64,000 bases of DNA from Octopus sinensis. Its lineage: Eukaryota. Within the stretch, counting starts at the first letter, position 1. The number at the start of each line of letters is the position of its first letter. The notes beneath the pieces were generated by a model, which was not told where the DNA came from, ran no database searches, and worked only from the letters and a program-made list of their open reading frames with translations. Below, piece after piece: positions 1 to 12,062 of this stretch. The position numbers and the translations under genes are program-made. Location of the stretch: assembly GCF_006345805.1 (NCBI RefSeq), contig NC_043008.1, positions 5,580,001 through 5,644,000 of the forward strand. The letters run 5' to 3'.

Positions 1-28
1 TTGAACAACATGTTGTTTGTTTCCTGCC

Positions 29-44
29 ATATATATATATATAT

Positions 45-113
<69 letters not shown>

Positions 114-115
114 TA
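29..115. repeat. (TA)n microsatellite
   Basis: Near-pure AT dinucleotide run. Similar arrays occur at about 2110-2510, 56990-57180, 58050-58120 and 63720-63870. Confidence 0.95.
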
Positions 116-135
116 TGTGGGTGTGAGCATGAATA

Positions 136-400
136 TAAGTGGAACCCCGGTTTATGAATGCTTCCCATCACGAACAATTTTCGAATATATAGAACATCGG
201 GTGAGGAACATTGTCTCGTGTAACAATTAACGAGAAGCTTGGAGTGTCAGCGGAAGAACATTCTCGAATTCGCCGTGCCTTCTCTTGAATTTCTTACGAG
301 AAAAACAGTTTCAGTTTTCGAATATTTCGAGTAACGAACGGCCTTCAAAGAATGAATTAAATTCTTAAAGCGAAGTGGGTGTGTGTGTAACAGCTGATTA
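136..400. mobile_element. Possible pogo/Tc1-type MITE end
   Basis: Starts TA-AGTGGAACCCCGGTTTATGAA, resembling pogo/Tigger CAGTGGAACC-type termini. The partner TIR was not found. Confidence 0.3.
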
Positions 401-2101
401 TATTTCAATAGAGTACTCTCCCTTCCGTAATTCTTCGCTTAACGCAAAAATCCTCTTTGAATGGCAAGGCCGACAGAACCGGGGCCTTGTACTGCTGTAA
501 ATGAACATGGTAAGATCCCCTTGAGAAATCTATTAAGCATGAAAATATTACCCATGATACAGGGTTTCCTTTATTCATATTGGGTGGCCCTTAATGTTCG
601 TTTAATAATTTCTTTCAGTTGCCCAACTCGAAGTTTCCCCTTTCGTCTGTCTTACAAAAGCATCCTGCTATTATTTAATTAGTTTTCTTGTACAATCTAT
701 TATATAATTACAGAGTAAATTTGGTGATAATAACCAATATGGAAAGAGGAAGGCAACAAACATGCTTCTACGTAATGGGTTTATCTACTAAAAAAAAAAA
801 AATTCTAAAACAGTCAATTTATTCCCGATCCATATTCTTGTTGCCCAACCGAAATAGGATTTTGCCAAAACATGTTTTCACAGAATTCTGGTTTAAGTTC
901 TCCATATAACCCCTCATAACTTCTAGATGAATATTTTTTGGAGCTTCGTACATCAGTTGTTAGGTGTCGAGACACTACATCCTTTGAAACTTCCATACTT
1001 CCTCAATTTGCCAAAAGTACACACAACACTTCTTCCCCTCCGGTTCTTTTTGGGGGTGTTGTATACAAGTTCATTATATATTAGATTTGTGTTCTACACG
1101 CGGGAATTCATACTAATATGGAAAAAAGAATATGTGATTTAAGGGTGATTTAGCTGTTGTTTTTAGCACATCTAACGACCACCTGATTGATGCCCTCCTC
1201 GTTTCTTTGTCTCTCTGACACATAATTGATGTTGTTCAATATTTTTCTCCGTATTTAAAATTCTGATCAAAATTAAAGTGGATTTACGGGGTTTAAAGAT
1301 TAAAAGATTTTTTTAAAAATTAAACTTTTTTTCATCATCGTATGAATTTCTGTGCGGAGAACAATAATTCGCAATTTTTTTCAGAAAACTCCAAAAATAC
1401 AAATAGTTACGTGGTGCTTTTATGGGATGCTTTAAACCAAAATTCCGCCCATTTTTGGTTTTGCTTTTTTTTAAATTTCTTCTCACACCCATTTTTTTTG
1501 TTTTTAATACTTTTTCGATTTGGGATGGAGTTGGAATATCATGTTTAAAAATATAGATACAACGATTCTGAACTTTTTTTTTAATGCCCATTGTTCACAA
1601 TGACAAGCCTTTGGTATTGCTACACGACCTCATTCGCCCTTTTTAGGGAACGTTGAATGGGTGAATGACGTCTGCTAATGCAGAAAGGTTACCACCCACG
1701 ATAGAGTTCCGTTTCCGTTTTGTGATCGTAACTTAATAGAATGCCCAATGTTTATTCACCAACATGTAGACAGAAGTAAACATTGTAACAGTGCCCATAC
1801 GAGCGCTCCACACTAACTGTAATAAGCTCCTTCGAGCTGAGTCCGCGACCCGCATTTTCTAATTAACTCACAATCACTTTACCTGCACCTAACACGGTCA
1901 ATATAATTATCCTCACCCGGAAACAAAAAAAAAAAAGAAGCCAGCCTGGAGGTGTTTATAAATATGTGGAAAACGAATAAGGAAAAAAAAAATGCGTGCT
2001 GATGACCCCTAGGGGTCAGGGTAGAGGGGACTTTCGGAAAATTCACAAGATCCGATTTTTTCGTCATAACGTCCGGTAAAATGGATATATATTGATCTAT
2101 T

Positions 2102-2166
<65 letters not shown>

Positions 2167-2329
2167 TAATGTGTATATATATATATATATAACGGTAAGC
2201 TTTATGAAAATAGACAAAAGACGAAGGCAGGTTTACGGAAATAAACAAAAGACGAAGGCAGGTGGAATACAAACAAACAATTGTATTAGTATGGCGCTCA
2301 GGAAATATAAATGAAACAATATATTAATA

Positions 2330-2398
<69 letters not shown>

Positions 2399-2639
2399 AT
2401 ATATATATATATGTGTGGAAACTCTTATGCATAAGGGTTTTCACATAGTGGTAAAATTCCCTCTTATATGTGTATATATATATATATATATATAATAATA
2501 TATATATATGTAGAGATGGGTAAGCGTATATGTGTGTATACTTTAAGATTATACGTATATTTGTGTGTGTAAGTGTCTATATGATCGTGTGTACTTGTAT
2601 ACGAAACACCTATTTCTCACAATCGGCAGACGAAATACC

Positions 2640-2872
2640 TATTTCTTTACTACCCACAAGGGGCTAAACACAGAGGGGACAAACTAGGACAGACAAACGG
2701 ATTAAGTCGATTATATCGATCCCAGTGCGTTGCTGGTACTTAATTTATCGACCCCGAAAGGATGAAAGGCAAAGTCGACCTCGGCAGACTTTGAATTCAG
2801 AACGTAACGGCAGACGAAATACCGCTAAGCACTTCGCCCGGTGCGCTAATGTTTCTGCCAGCTCGCCGCCTC
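2640..2872 (-). mobile_element. tRNA-derived SINE, family B (head GGCGGCGAGCTGGCAGAAACGTTAGC, tail GTAAAGAAATAG)
   Basis: Matches other copies at 10493-11083, 22809-23040, 26065-26245, 36260-36657, 44695-45345, 59117-59685 and 61189-61420. B-box-like GAGTTCAAATTCC is present. Confidence 0.85.
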
Positions 2873-3454
2873 ATTTTACTTATATATACCCCAGTTGGTA
2901 ACATGAGGGGGCGCCCCAACACACATTCTTCACCCCCCCCCCCACCTTTCTCACTCTCTCTCTCTTCATTTCCTTTCAATTTCCAACTGGAGTAGCCATG
3001 TATCTACTCTGCTGCAAGACACCTGTTTCTGTACCTCTGTCATACTCTGATAGTCAATTAGTAGTGACCTTGCTGGTGTTGATGTCACATAAACAGCACC
3101 TGATACACTGCAAAGTGGTTGCCATTAGGAAGGGCATACTGGTATAGAAATCCTGCTTAAGCAGACTGTAGATTCCGGTGTAGTCCTTTGAGTTGCAAAA
3201 CTGTCCAATTCGTGCTAACATGGAAGGTTGATGTTATATGATGCTGATGATAATGACAACAATAAGCCCCCTCCCCCTCTGCACTCACATTATTTGTCAG
3301 GTCTTCGCAGTCACAACATATCTGCAGAGGTCTCGGTCTTTCGTCATTGCCTCTGTGAGACCCAACGTTAGAAGGTCATGCTTGACCACCTCATCCCATG
3401 TCTACCTCTACCCCGGATATATATATATATATATATTTATATCTCTTTTCTCTT

Positions 3455-3816
3455 TTCTTTGACTCTCTCTTTTACTTGATTCAGTCATTTGACTGTAGCC
3501 ATGCTGGAGCACCACCTTTAGTCGAGCAACTTGACACCGGGACTTATTCTTTGTAAGCCCAGTACTTATTCTATCGGTCTCTTTTGCTGAACCGCTAAGT
3601 GATGGGGACATAAACACACAAGCATCGGTTGTCAAGCAATGTTAGGGGAACAAACACAGACACACAAACATACATGCACACATATATATATACATATATA
3701 CGACGGGATTCTTTCAGTTTCCGTCTACCAAATCCACTCACAAGGCTTTGGTTGGCCCGAGGCTATAGTAGAAGACACATGCCCAAGGTGCCACGCAGTG
3801 GGACTGAACTCGGAAT
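3455..3816 (-). mobile_element. SINE family A with internal (TA)/(TG) microsatellite, 5'-truncated next to the Penelope-like element
   Basis: Same body as full-length copies such as 40501-40906. The head stops at GGGACTGAACTCGGAA, followed by (TA)n. Confidence 0.85.
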
Positions 3817-5404
3817 ATATATATATATATAAGGGACGACTTAGATATGCTCAATCACCTACCGAATACTATAAACAAAAACACCATACTGGTATCCTTC
3901 GATGTAGTCAACCTCTACTCCAATATCCCCCACAACCTAGGACTAGAGGCAATCCAATTCTGGCTAGAGAATCACGCCAACGAACTACCACACCGCATCA
4001 AAAAAAGAATTGTGATAGAAGGGGTTAAATTCATCCTGGAAAATAACTTCTTCGCCTTCAATGACAACTTCTACCGACAAAAATCGGGGACTGCGATGGG
4101 TACACGAATGGCCCCCTCCTTTGCCAACCTAGTCATAGGATACCTAAGATCAGTCTGTATCGTAAGGTTCTAGAAAGATATGGCAGCCCTTTCTCCTCCA
4201 TCTACATAGAAAACAACTGGAAGAGATATCTAGATGACTGTTCATCCTTTGGCATAAAATATAGAAAAACTCATAGAATTCCAGAAAATTTATAACAACG
4301 GACTAAACAACATCCAATTCACGATGGAATATAGCCAACAACAACTCCCCTTCCTCGATATCCTCATTAAGAAAGCTAATAATATAATAGAAACAGACAT
4401 ATACTATAAGCCTACAGACTCTAAGCAATATCTTCCATTCAATTCATGCCACCCCAGACACACCAGGATGAATATCCCCTTCAATCTAGCAAAAAGGATA
4501 TGCACTATAGTCTCTAACGCAAACACCAGAGACACACGACTACAAGAACTAAAAGATACCCTAATCACCAGGAACTATCCACCTTCACTTATTGACAAAT
4601 GCATTCAACGTGCCCTTCAACTTAACATCAAGGAACTGAGACATCCCAAATCAAAGAAAAACTTACAACCAAAAGCCTTACCATACATCTCCACACACAA
4701 CCCTCTCAATAACGAAGCCTTCGACACCATCCTCCACAACATACCCCTCCTAAAAAAAGACCACAGAATGAACACAATCCTCCAAACACACACGATCATA
4801 AAAAGCAAAAGACAGCCTAGATCCATGAAAAGTCTCCTTACACAAGCCCGAATTCACTCTTCAACACAGAAGCCGACAGTAAAAAAATGTGGAAGACCCA
4901 ATTGCGGGATATGCGACTATCTAATCGAGGGTTCTGAGTTCTCCTTCAAACAGGGACAACGTTTTACAGTGAAAAGCAACTTCACATGTGCTTCGGAGAA
5001 CCTAATATACACTCACTAACCTGCTCCGGGTGTCAAGAGCAGTACATAGGCCAAACAAAAAATGGTTTGCGTAAACGAATGGCCCTGCACAGATCCCAGA
5101 TAAAAATTCCCCAAAACAGAAAAATAGCTTTTAGCCAACACATAGATACTTGCGCCAACAAAAAAACACCAAACTTCAGAATTTTCCCCCTCTACCAATT
5201 TAGGGACGATACAACCTCGAGACAACGAATAAGTAAAGAAAATCTCTTTATTACAAAATACAAGCCACTTCTTAACGGGTCTACGACAAACAATTAATAT
5301 ACCTCAACTTTAGAATAAAAGAAAAAATATATATACACACAAATACTACACTCCATAGAATCCATTACTAATCAGCCCCTTCATAGCTATATTTACACCA
5401 TTCA

Positions 5405-5425
5405 TATTCTCCCTTCTCTGTTGTT

Positions 5426-5458
<33 letters not shown>

Positions 5459-5662
5459 ATCATCATCGTTATCATCATCATCGGCATCATCATCATCGCC
5501 ACCATCATCACCACCATCTTCTCCTTCTCTCCTTCTTCTTCTTCTTTTCATCATCATCGTTATCATCATCATCATCGTCGTCATAATCATCACCACCATC
5601 ACCATCATCGTCATCTTCTCCTTCTCCTTCTTCTTCTTCTTCTTCTTCTTCTTCTTCTTCTC
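5405..5662. repeat. Compound (CTT)n/(CAT)n trinucleotide repeat inside the Penelope-like 3' region
   Basis: Read directly. It explains the low-complexity ORFs 5402-5665 and 5421-5678. Confidence 0.9.
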
Positions 5663-6014
5663 CACCCCTACCCCTTAAGTTTGTCACTAATGTTTTTTTA
5701 GTATAACACCTACGCTAATTCTATAAACAAGCCTGTCAATATAAATATTCTCCTGAATTGAACTGAGACTGCCAGCCGCCACTGACCATTCAAAATACGA
5801 CCATCAGGGAGGCCCACTCCCAGATTCTCCCCCCCCCCCTTCCTCACCAGCCTTCTCTCTACTACCCTACCAAGAACTCACAACTACCTCGAACACACAA
5901 GTGCAAACAAGGGAGTCAGAGAAGGCAGAATGCCACTTAAATCTGAACACTACTATAGAAATATTCTTTTAAAAAAACTTTTCTTCTAATTTTTCTAAAT
6001 TTAATTATTTAATC

Positions 6015-6060
6015 GTTACAGTTGAAAAGGTCTCAAAATGACCGAAACCGGTACTGAAAT
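6015..6060 (+). ncRNA. Degenerate minimal hammerhead-ribozyme-like motif in the Penelope-like 3' region
   Basis: CAG | TTGAAAA | GGTC-TCAAAAT-GACC | GAAA | CCGGT-A | CTG. The stems are intact, but the core has 2 substitutions relative to CUGANGA. Confidence 0.55.
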
Positions 6061-6130
6061 GTTCACTATAAAATTATTTTAGCATTTTCTATTTTTTACT
6101 TGTTTTTTCATATATATATATATATATACT

Positions 6131-6362
6131 TGTAAATGTAATATGTAACAATTATTCGGTAGCCTTGATAAAACTCCTGCATTTTTTCCGATGGCCGGAT
6201 AACCGAAGAGATGGTGGCGTGGATTTCCTCCCCAACATCCGAAACTCGGAGTTTTATCATGGCTACCGAATAATTGTCACATATTACTTTTACAGATAAA
6301 TTCCTCTATTTCCATAATATCGAGGTCTCTGTCATTCTTTTGTTGTCTTACCATTTCTATCA
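6131..6362 (+). mobile_element. Short (TA)n-flanked element: inverted arm + hammerhead motif + 70-bp tail (pLTR/retrozyme-like), copy 1
   Basis: 47-nt arm 6131-6177 is complementary to 6248-6294. Hammerhead layout spans 6198-6258 with core CCGAAGA. Homologous to 30310-30567. Confidence 0.7.
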
Positions 6363-6411
6363 ATATATACATATACATATATATACATATATATATTTTT
6401 ATTTTATACAG

Positions 6412-9400
6412 TTAAAAGCCTTATCCAAGCTGCTGCAGAAGCCAAAGAAAAGGCTTACTGCCCCTACAGCAACTTCAGGGTTGGTGCAGCTCTACTGACT
6501 GAAGATGATACCATAATCACTGGTAAGAATTTTGCTAAAAATTTTGCTCTGGTCTCTCATTGTCCCTGGCTCTAGAAGAAGCAGTAAGAGCAGGCCTCTT
6601 TGTGTATGGCGGGCTTTCTCCGTCTGGGTTGCGGATCCGTGGAATAAGCTGCCAGACGAGATGGTGAAGATGTTGACAACTGCTCGGTTCAAAGTCTCCC
6701 TTGACCTCAAATGGCCTGAACTCTTTACATGAACACCACTCTGTACATAACTCCATGTCCCCCTACATGGCCTTGCTTTTTGCTTTTTGAGCCAAATAAT
6801 TAACTAACTAACTAACTAAGTACATCATTCTTTAACTTATTCATCCAAGCATGTGAATTCTCTATAGAATAATTTGCATTTTGTATTGTCAGGTAAACAA
6901 CTTGCATTTGGTTGACAGAATCTAAAAGACACCTATTTTGTGTGTGTGTGTGTGTGTGTTACTGCCTCCTTACCTTCACATCATATGCCAGTTATAAAGG
7001 GGGGGGGGTGCCACTGTTATACAAGCAATGTCCTTCATTTCTAATAGTCTTTGCAGACATGTCTGGTTATGGGGAAATATTACTTTGCTTGGAAACAGGT
7101 GAAGGTTGGTGACAGGAAGGGCATCAAGCTGTAGAAAATCTGTCATAACAAATTTTGTCTGACTCATGTGAGCATGGAAAAAAATGGATGTTAAAACAAT
7201 GATGTCTGTGTTTGTGTGTAATGTCTGTGTATATATATACGAGGGGAAGTCAAAAATTATCCGCACTTTTGCTATAATATATCTTTATTATTGTCACACT
7301 GCCTTCTGCGCCTGCGTGCTTATAGTTGGTACTATTGTGGTTACATGATCGAAGTTTGAGCCTGATCAAGCCATTTTTCTTTCTGGCTTTACAGTGTAAG
7401 CATGGCTGCTCCACTAGCAATGCGCACCAAAGAAGAACAAGGAACAGTGATCCGATTTCTCTGGTTGGAAGGTGTGTCAGGGGCTGAAATTCATCGTAGG
7501 CTTTTAGTACAACACGTGGACAGTGCACTACCGCGTAGAAGTGTATGAGTGGATTGAGAAGTTTAAAAGTAGCTGGACAAGGGTGATGCATGAAGAAGGA
7601 GCAGGACGTGTCTGTCAACCTCCACCATTGATGAGAAGATTCAGCAAGCTCGAGAGATGGCAATGGTAAACTGTGGTGCATAAATGGTTGCATGACCAAC
7701 CGAAAACCTTCTTCTTGGAGGGAAAACGCAAGCTCGTGGAACGCTGGACCAAGTGCATCGGAAAGGAAGGTGAATATATAGAAAAGTGATGTACTTGTTT
7801 ATCCCGTGCTTCTGTGTAAATACATTGAAAAAACCAGAGTGCATATAATTTTTTACTCTCCCTCATATATATATATATATACACTTTTATTCTTTTACTT
7901 GTTTTGGTCATTTGACTGTGGCCATGCTGGAACACCACCTTAAAGGGTTTTGGTCACAGAAATCAACACCAGGATTTATTCTTTGTAAGCCTAGTACTTA
8001 TTCCATCAGTCCATTTTGCCAAACTTCTAAGTTACAGGGATGTAAACACACCAACATTGGTTGTCAAGTGGTAGTGGAGAGATAAACACAGACTCATAAA
8101 TACACACACACACACACACACACATAATATATGTATATATGCACAAGATTATAGTAGAAGGCACTTACCCAAGGTGCCATGCAGTGGGACTAAACCTGGA
8201 ACCATGCGGTTTTGGGAATATTTATTTTTGCTTGCAATAGCCGGTTCTTTTGGTCAAACTATCGTATCTCCAGCTGCTTCTGATGCCAAGATATAAAAAA
8301 AAGTGTCAAAGTGTAGTACAACAGTTTTGCTATGGAATGGTAAATCTATTTTCTGTTTTCTGAAAAAGCAATGTTTTGGGACTTACGACACTTTTGCATA
8401 ATAGCAACAACAATATATATATATGTATCATTGTATGCATGTATATGTGTGATTGTCTCAAAATGAATTTAAGATGGTAGTAGCAGTACATTCATATTTT
8501 AATTTTAATTTTTTTCTTTTGCAATGGACAGGATGCAATGTTGAAAACTGTTCTTATGGTGGAACCATTTGTGCTGAACGAACAGCAATGGTTAAAGCTG
8601 TGTCTGAAGGAAAGAAGAGCTTCAAAGCTATTGCTGTTGCAAGGTAATCTTTCTTATATAAGTTATGCTGCAGTTTGAACTTTCACTTCTTGAAACCGTC
8701 TTCTGTACACATCTTTTTGTCCCTTAGCTGGAACTCCATTGCTTATGACGACAAAGACTCCAGTTGATCTGGTTTTTATAGCCGGTTTGGTTACTGTTTG
8801 TGTAACACTACTTTTATATGTTTCCTATTTGGAAATAGATAATAAATATATTTTACTTTTGAAGTAGGAATATATATTGATAAACACATCACTTATAACT
8901 TACTTATAAGTGTTATCATTATACATAAATCCTGACTCCAGCTACATAAACACCATAGCCAGAAATATATACTCTGAAATGCTAATGGACATTTTATGCA
9001 TGCATGTATGTTGAAGATAAATAAATTTGTGTTCTTTTAACCGCTATAAAAAAAATACAGTTTCATAATTACTTCATTGACAAGTTGAAAAATGTGAAAA
9101 AAGAGAAAATAATTACTACATTAGTTTATTTATGTACATTTAACATTTATAGTACAATTGGAAAGTAAAGTCATTTTGTCGAAGAGAATTATGACTTAAA
9201 TTCACACTAAGCTAATTCTTCATACTAACTACTTAGAGTCCACAACAATTCAAATAAGTCTTGTTGGATTTTTATCATAGACATGGCATAAAAAATAGCC
9301 AATATCTCAAGGAGTGAGTGTGTCGTGGAGTTTAGTAACATCTTACGATCACTGAGTAATTTCCCAAAAATCAGGGTTTTTATAACTGCTCATATCCAAA

Positions 9401-11299
9401 TTCTAAGAACCGTATTTCATGAAAGATTTCTTTGACGAAAGTTTGGAATTTGTATATGAGCCATAATTTTAACCAAAGGGATTACCAACAGTTATGCTTG
9501 TTCGGGCAAACGAACGTTTTGTCATATTGCCACATTTTACAACTTGCTACACGATCAACAAAACAGCCTGCTCATGAAATTAACATGCAAATGGTTGAGT
9601 ACACCTCAGACAGGTGCACCCTTAATGTAGTTCTCAAGGAGATTCAGTGTGACACAGAATGTGACAGGGCTGGCCCTTTGAAATACAGGTGTGAAGGAGC
9701 AAAGGGAAATAAAGTGTCTCCTGAGGCTAAATTACAGCAAACCAGGACTGCCATGTTGTGTTGGCAAACAACCTTTACTCTATGGAATAATAATTTCATA
9801 TTTTTGTATAATTAAGATCTAAATTGTTAATATATGAATGCAAAAGAGATAGTTGAATAACTGTGAACCTACTTTTGGGCCACCCTGTATAATTTAATAA
9901 GAATGCTAATAAAATGTTGTGAATGAATGTTAAATTACAATTATATATATCTGTTGTATGAGTTCAAATTTCAACTTTTCTTTGTCCAAGGTCACAAAAT
10001 TGAATACTACTAGTATTATTCCACAGTCAATTTAATGAGCAATACTCATCTCTAAAATAATTTATGGCATTTTACTCAGATGACAAAATGTTGCCTTTCT
10101 GTTTTCAGTGACAAAAAAGATAAGATAGCACCCTGTGGTATTTGTCGACAATTTATGGCTGAGGTGAGTAATATCCTTTGCATCTATATTTTTGAATTTC
10201 CCCATCTAAATGACCTCAGGTAAATGTTAATTCACCTGTCTTTTGATCCCATCAACCCTTTGGCATTCAAATTACTTTATTCCATCAAATGTAAAGCTTA
10301 TTCATTCAAATTGTTTTCAATTAATCCTGCATTATCTTTTAACTTCAAGATTTCGGTTATGTGGTTGTTTACTTTCAGAATGACATTGTAGGGTAGGTTT
10401 GAGAGGTCAGATCCGTTCACTTTGAATAGAAAACAGATACGATATTTGGGCCAGATATGGTCAGTTTAAATGCTAAATGGTTAAATCATTCTTATTTCTT
10501 TATTTCCCACAAGGGGCTAAACATAGAGGGGACAAACAAGGACAGAAAAAGGTATTCAGTCAGTCATATCGACCCCAGTGAGTAGCTGGTACTTAATTTA
10601 TCGACTCCAAAAGGCTGAAAGGCAAAGTCGGAATTTGAACTCAGAACGTAATAGCAGATGAAATACCTATTTCTTTACTACCCACAAGGGGCTAAACACA
10701 GAGGGGACAAAGAAGGACAGACAAAGGGATTAAATAGATTATATCGACTCCAGTGTATAACTGGTACTTATTTAATCGACCCCCGAAAGGATGAAAGGCA
10801 AAGTCGACCTCGGCGGAATTTGAACTCAGAACATAGCCACAGACGAAATACCTATTTCTTTACTACCCATAAGGGGCTAAACATAGAGGGGACAAACAAG
10901 GACAGGCAAACGGATTAAGTCGATTATATCGACCCCTGTGCATAACTGGTACTTATTTAATTGACCCCGAAAGGATTAAAGGCAAAGTTGACCTCAGTGG
11001 AATTTGAACTCAGAACGCAACGCAGATGAAATACCGCAAAGCATATCGCCTGGTGTGCTAACGTTTCTGCCAGCTCACCTCCTTTAAATCATTCTAAGAT
11101 GTGTTTTAACTGGAATTGTAAACCATTAAATTTTGTTATCTTATTGCAAATCTAATACTTTTGAACTGTTTTCCTTTTTTTCTTTATATAGTTTGGTACT
11201 GACTGGGATGTGTACTTGACAAGCAATGATGGTAGCTTTGAGAAAATGACCGTTAGTCAATTACTTCCTTTGGCATTTCAACCTTCACACTTGAAATAA
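6412..11299 (+). CDS. CDA: Cytidine deaminase (homotetrameric, Cys-ligated zinc type); first coding exon not identified
   Basis: GT-AG exons 6412-6522, 8532-8643, 10109-10163 and 11192-11299 join in frame: [28 protein letters not shown]...[19 protein letters not shown]...[22 protein letters not shown]...[15 protein letters not shown] and PCxxCRQ zinc motifs are present. AATAAA at 11399-11404. Confidence 0.95.
6560..6820 (+). mobile_element. CR1/L2-type LINE 3' fragment with (CTAA)n tail
   Basis: Translates [10 protein letters not shown]...FKVSLD, a typical CR1-group C-terminus. A second copy lies at 55712-56010 (-). Confidence 0.7.
7240..7865 (+). mobile_element. Internally deleted mariner transposon
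   Basis: TA-CGAGGGGAAGTCAAAAATTAT and ATAATTTTTTACTCTCCCTCA-TA termini. Remnant N-terminal HTH ([18 protein letters not shown]) and C-terminal [16 protein letters not shown]. Confidence 0.85.
10493..11083 (-). mobile_element. Trimeric SINE family B insertion
   Basis: One full-head unit plus two headless units. 12-bp TSD TTAAATCATTCT at 10481-10492 and 11084-11095. Confidence 0.85.
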
Positions 11300-11744
11300 T
11301 TCAGTTGCTGCATTTAAAATGTGCAATTGATATTCTTCATCTCCTTCAGGAAATTCAGTTTTATAATGTATCATAAAACAACGATTATTTTATTTTAAAA
11401 TAAAAAGTCTTTCAAAAAATTTCTTCTGTATTTTCTATTCTTTAAACTTTTCTATATTTGTTGGTTTCCCTCTCTTTCTTTCGGAGAGGCACTGAGCAGC
11501 TATACGCACATATACACACACGGCAGTAACTTCCACCTACCGAATTCAATCACAAAGCTCCGGTTGGCTCGGGGCTATAGTGGAAGACACCTACCCAAAG
11601 TGCCACGCAGTGGGACTGAACCCGAAACCATGTAGCTAGGAAGCAAGCTCCCTAACCACACAGCCATGCTCGCACCTTTTGTATATTTTCATAATTCATC
11701 TACCTTGGATCGTAGGGCGACCTGCTGTGCTTGAGGAGACCTAT

Positions 11745-12062
11745 TGAGTCAAGTACATCAACATCAAAATAAATATCAAATGGAAATTGTAGTTGTGATA
11801 CTTGTGCTGGCGGCATGTAAAAAGCACCATCCAAACGTGGCCGATGCCAGCACCGCCTTGGCTGGCACCTATGCCGGTGGCACGTAAAAAGCACCCACTA
11901 CACTTACGGAGTGGTTGGCGTTAGGAAGGGCATCCAGCTGTAGAAACACTGCCAGATCGGACTGGAGCATGGTACAGCCTCTTGGCTTACAAGACCCGGT
12001 TGAACCGTCTAACCCATGCTAGTGCAGAAAACGGACATTAAACGATGATGATGATGATGAAT
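11745..12062 (+). mobile_element. SINE family C with (GAT)n tail and internal ~63-bp tandem units
   Basis: Conserved GTGGTTGGCGTTAGGAAGGGCATCCAGCTGTAGAAAC...GGACGTTAAACGATGATG. About 15 further copies, e.g. 20730-20980, 21660-22180, 26715-27070, 27470-27667, 31350-31700, 32620-32962, 34330-34990, 35500-35900, 37260-37640, 41125-41525, 42005-42560, 45950-46400. Confidence 0.85.

Larger units (their letters stand above)
3832..6110 (+). mobile_element. Penelope-like retroelement (probably Neptune-type), 5'-truncated and frameshifted; RT + GIY-YIG endonuclease
   Basis: ORFs 3847-4173, 4324-5019 and 4986-5297 contain SFDVVNLYSNIP, GTAMGTRMAPSFANL, WKRYLDD (read from DNA at about 4215-4240), LPFLDILI, a Cys-rich linker CGRPNCGICDYL and NLIY...YIGQT...KRMALH. 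(TA)n flanks both sides. At least 3 frame disruptions. Confidence 0.92.

Noticed and set aside
814-996. Minus-strand ORF and a possible divergent gene with a donor near 1880
   Set aside because: No homology recognised. The flanks resemble a repeat also seen at about 52220-52640.
5402-5678. ORFs of poly-S/I/F and poly-K/E/D
   Set aside because: They are translations of (CTT)n/(CAT)n repeats.
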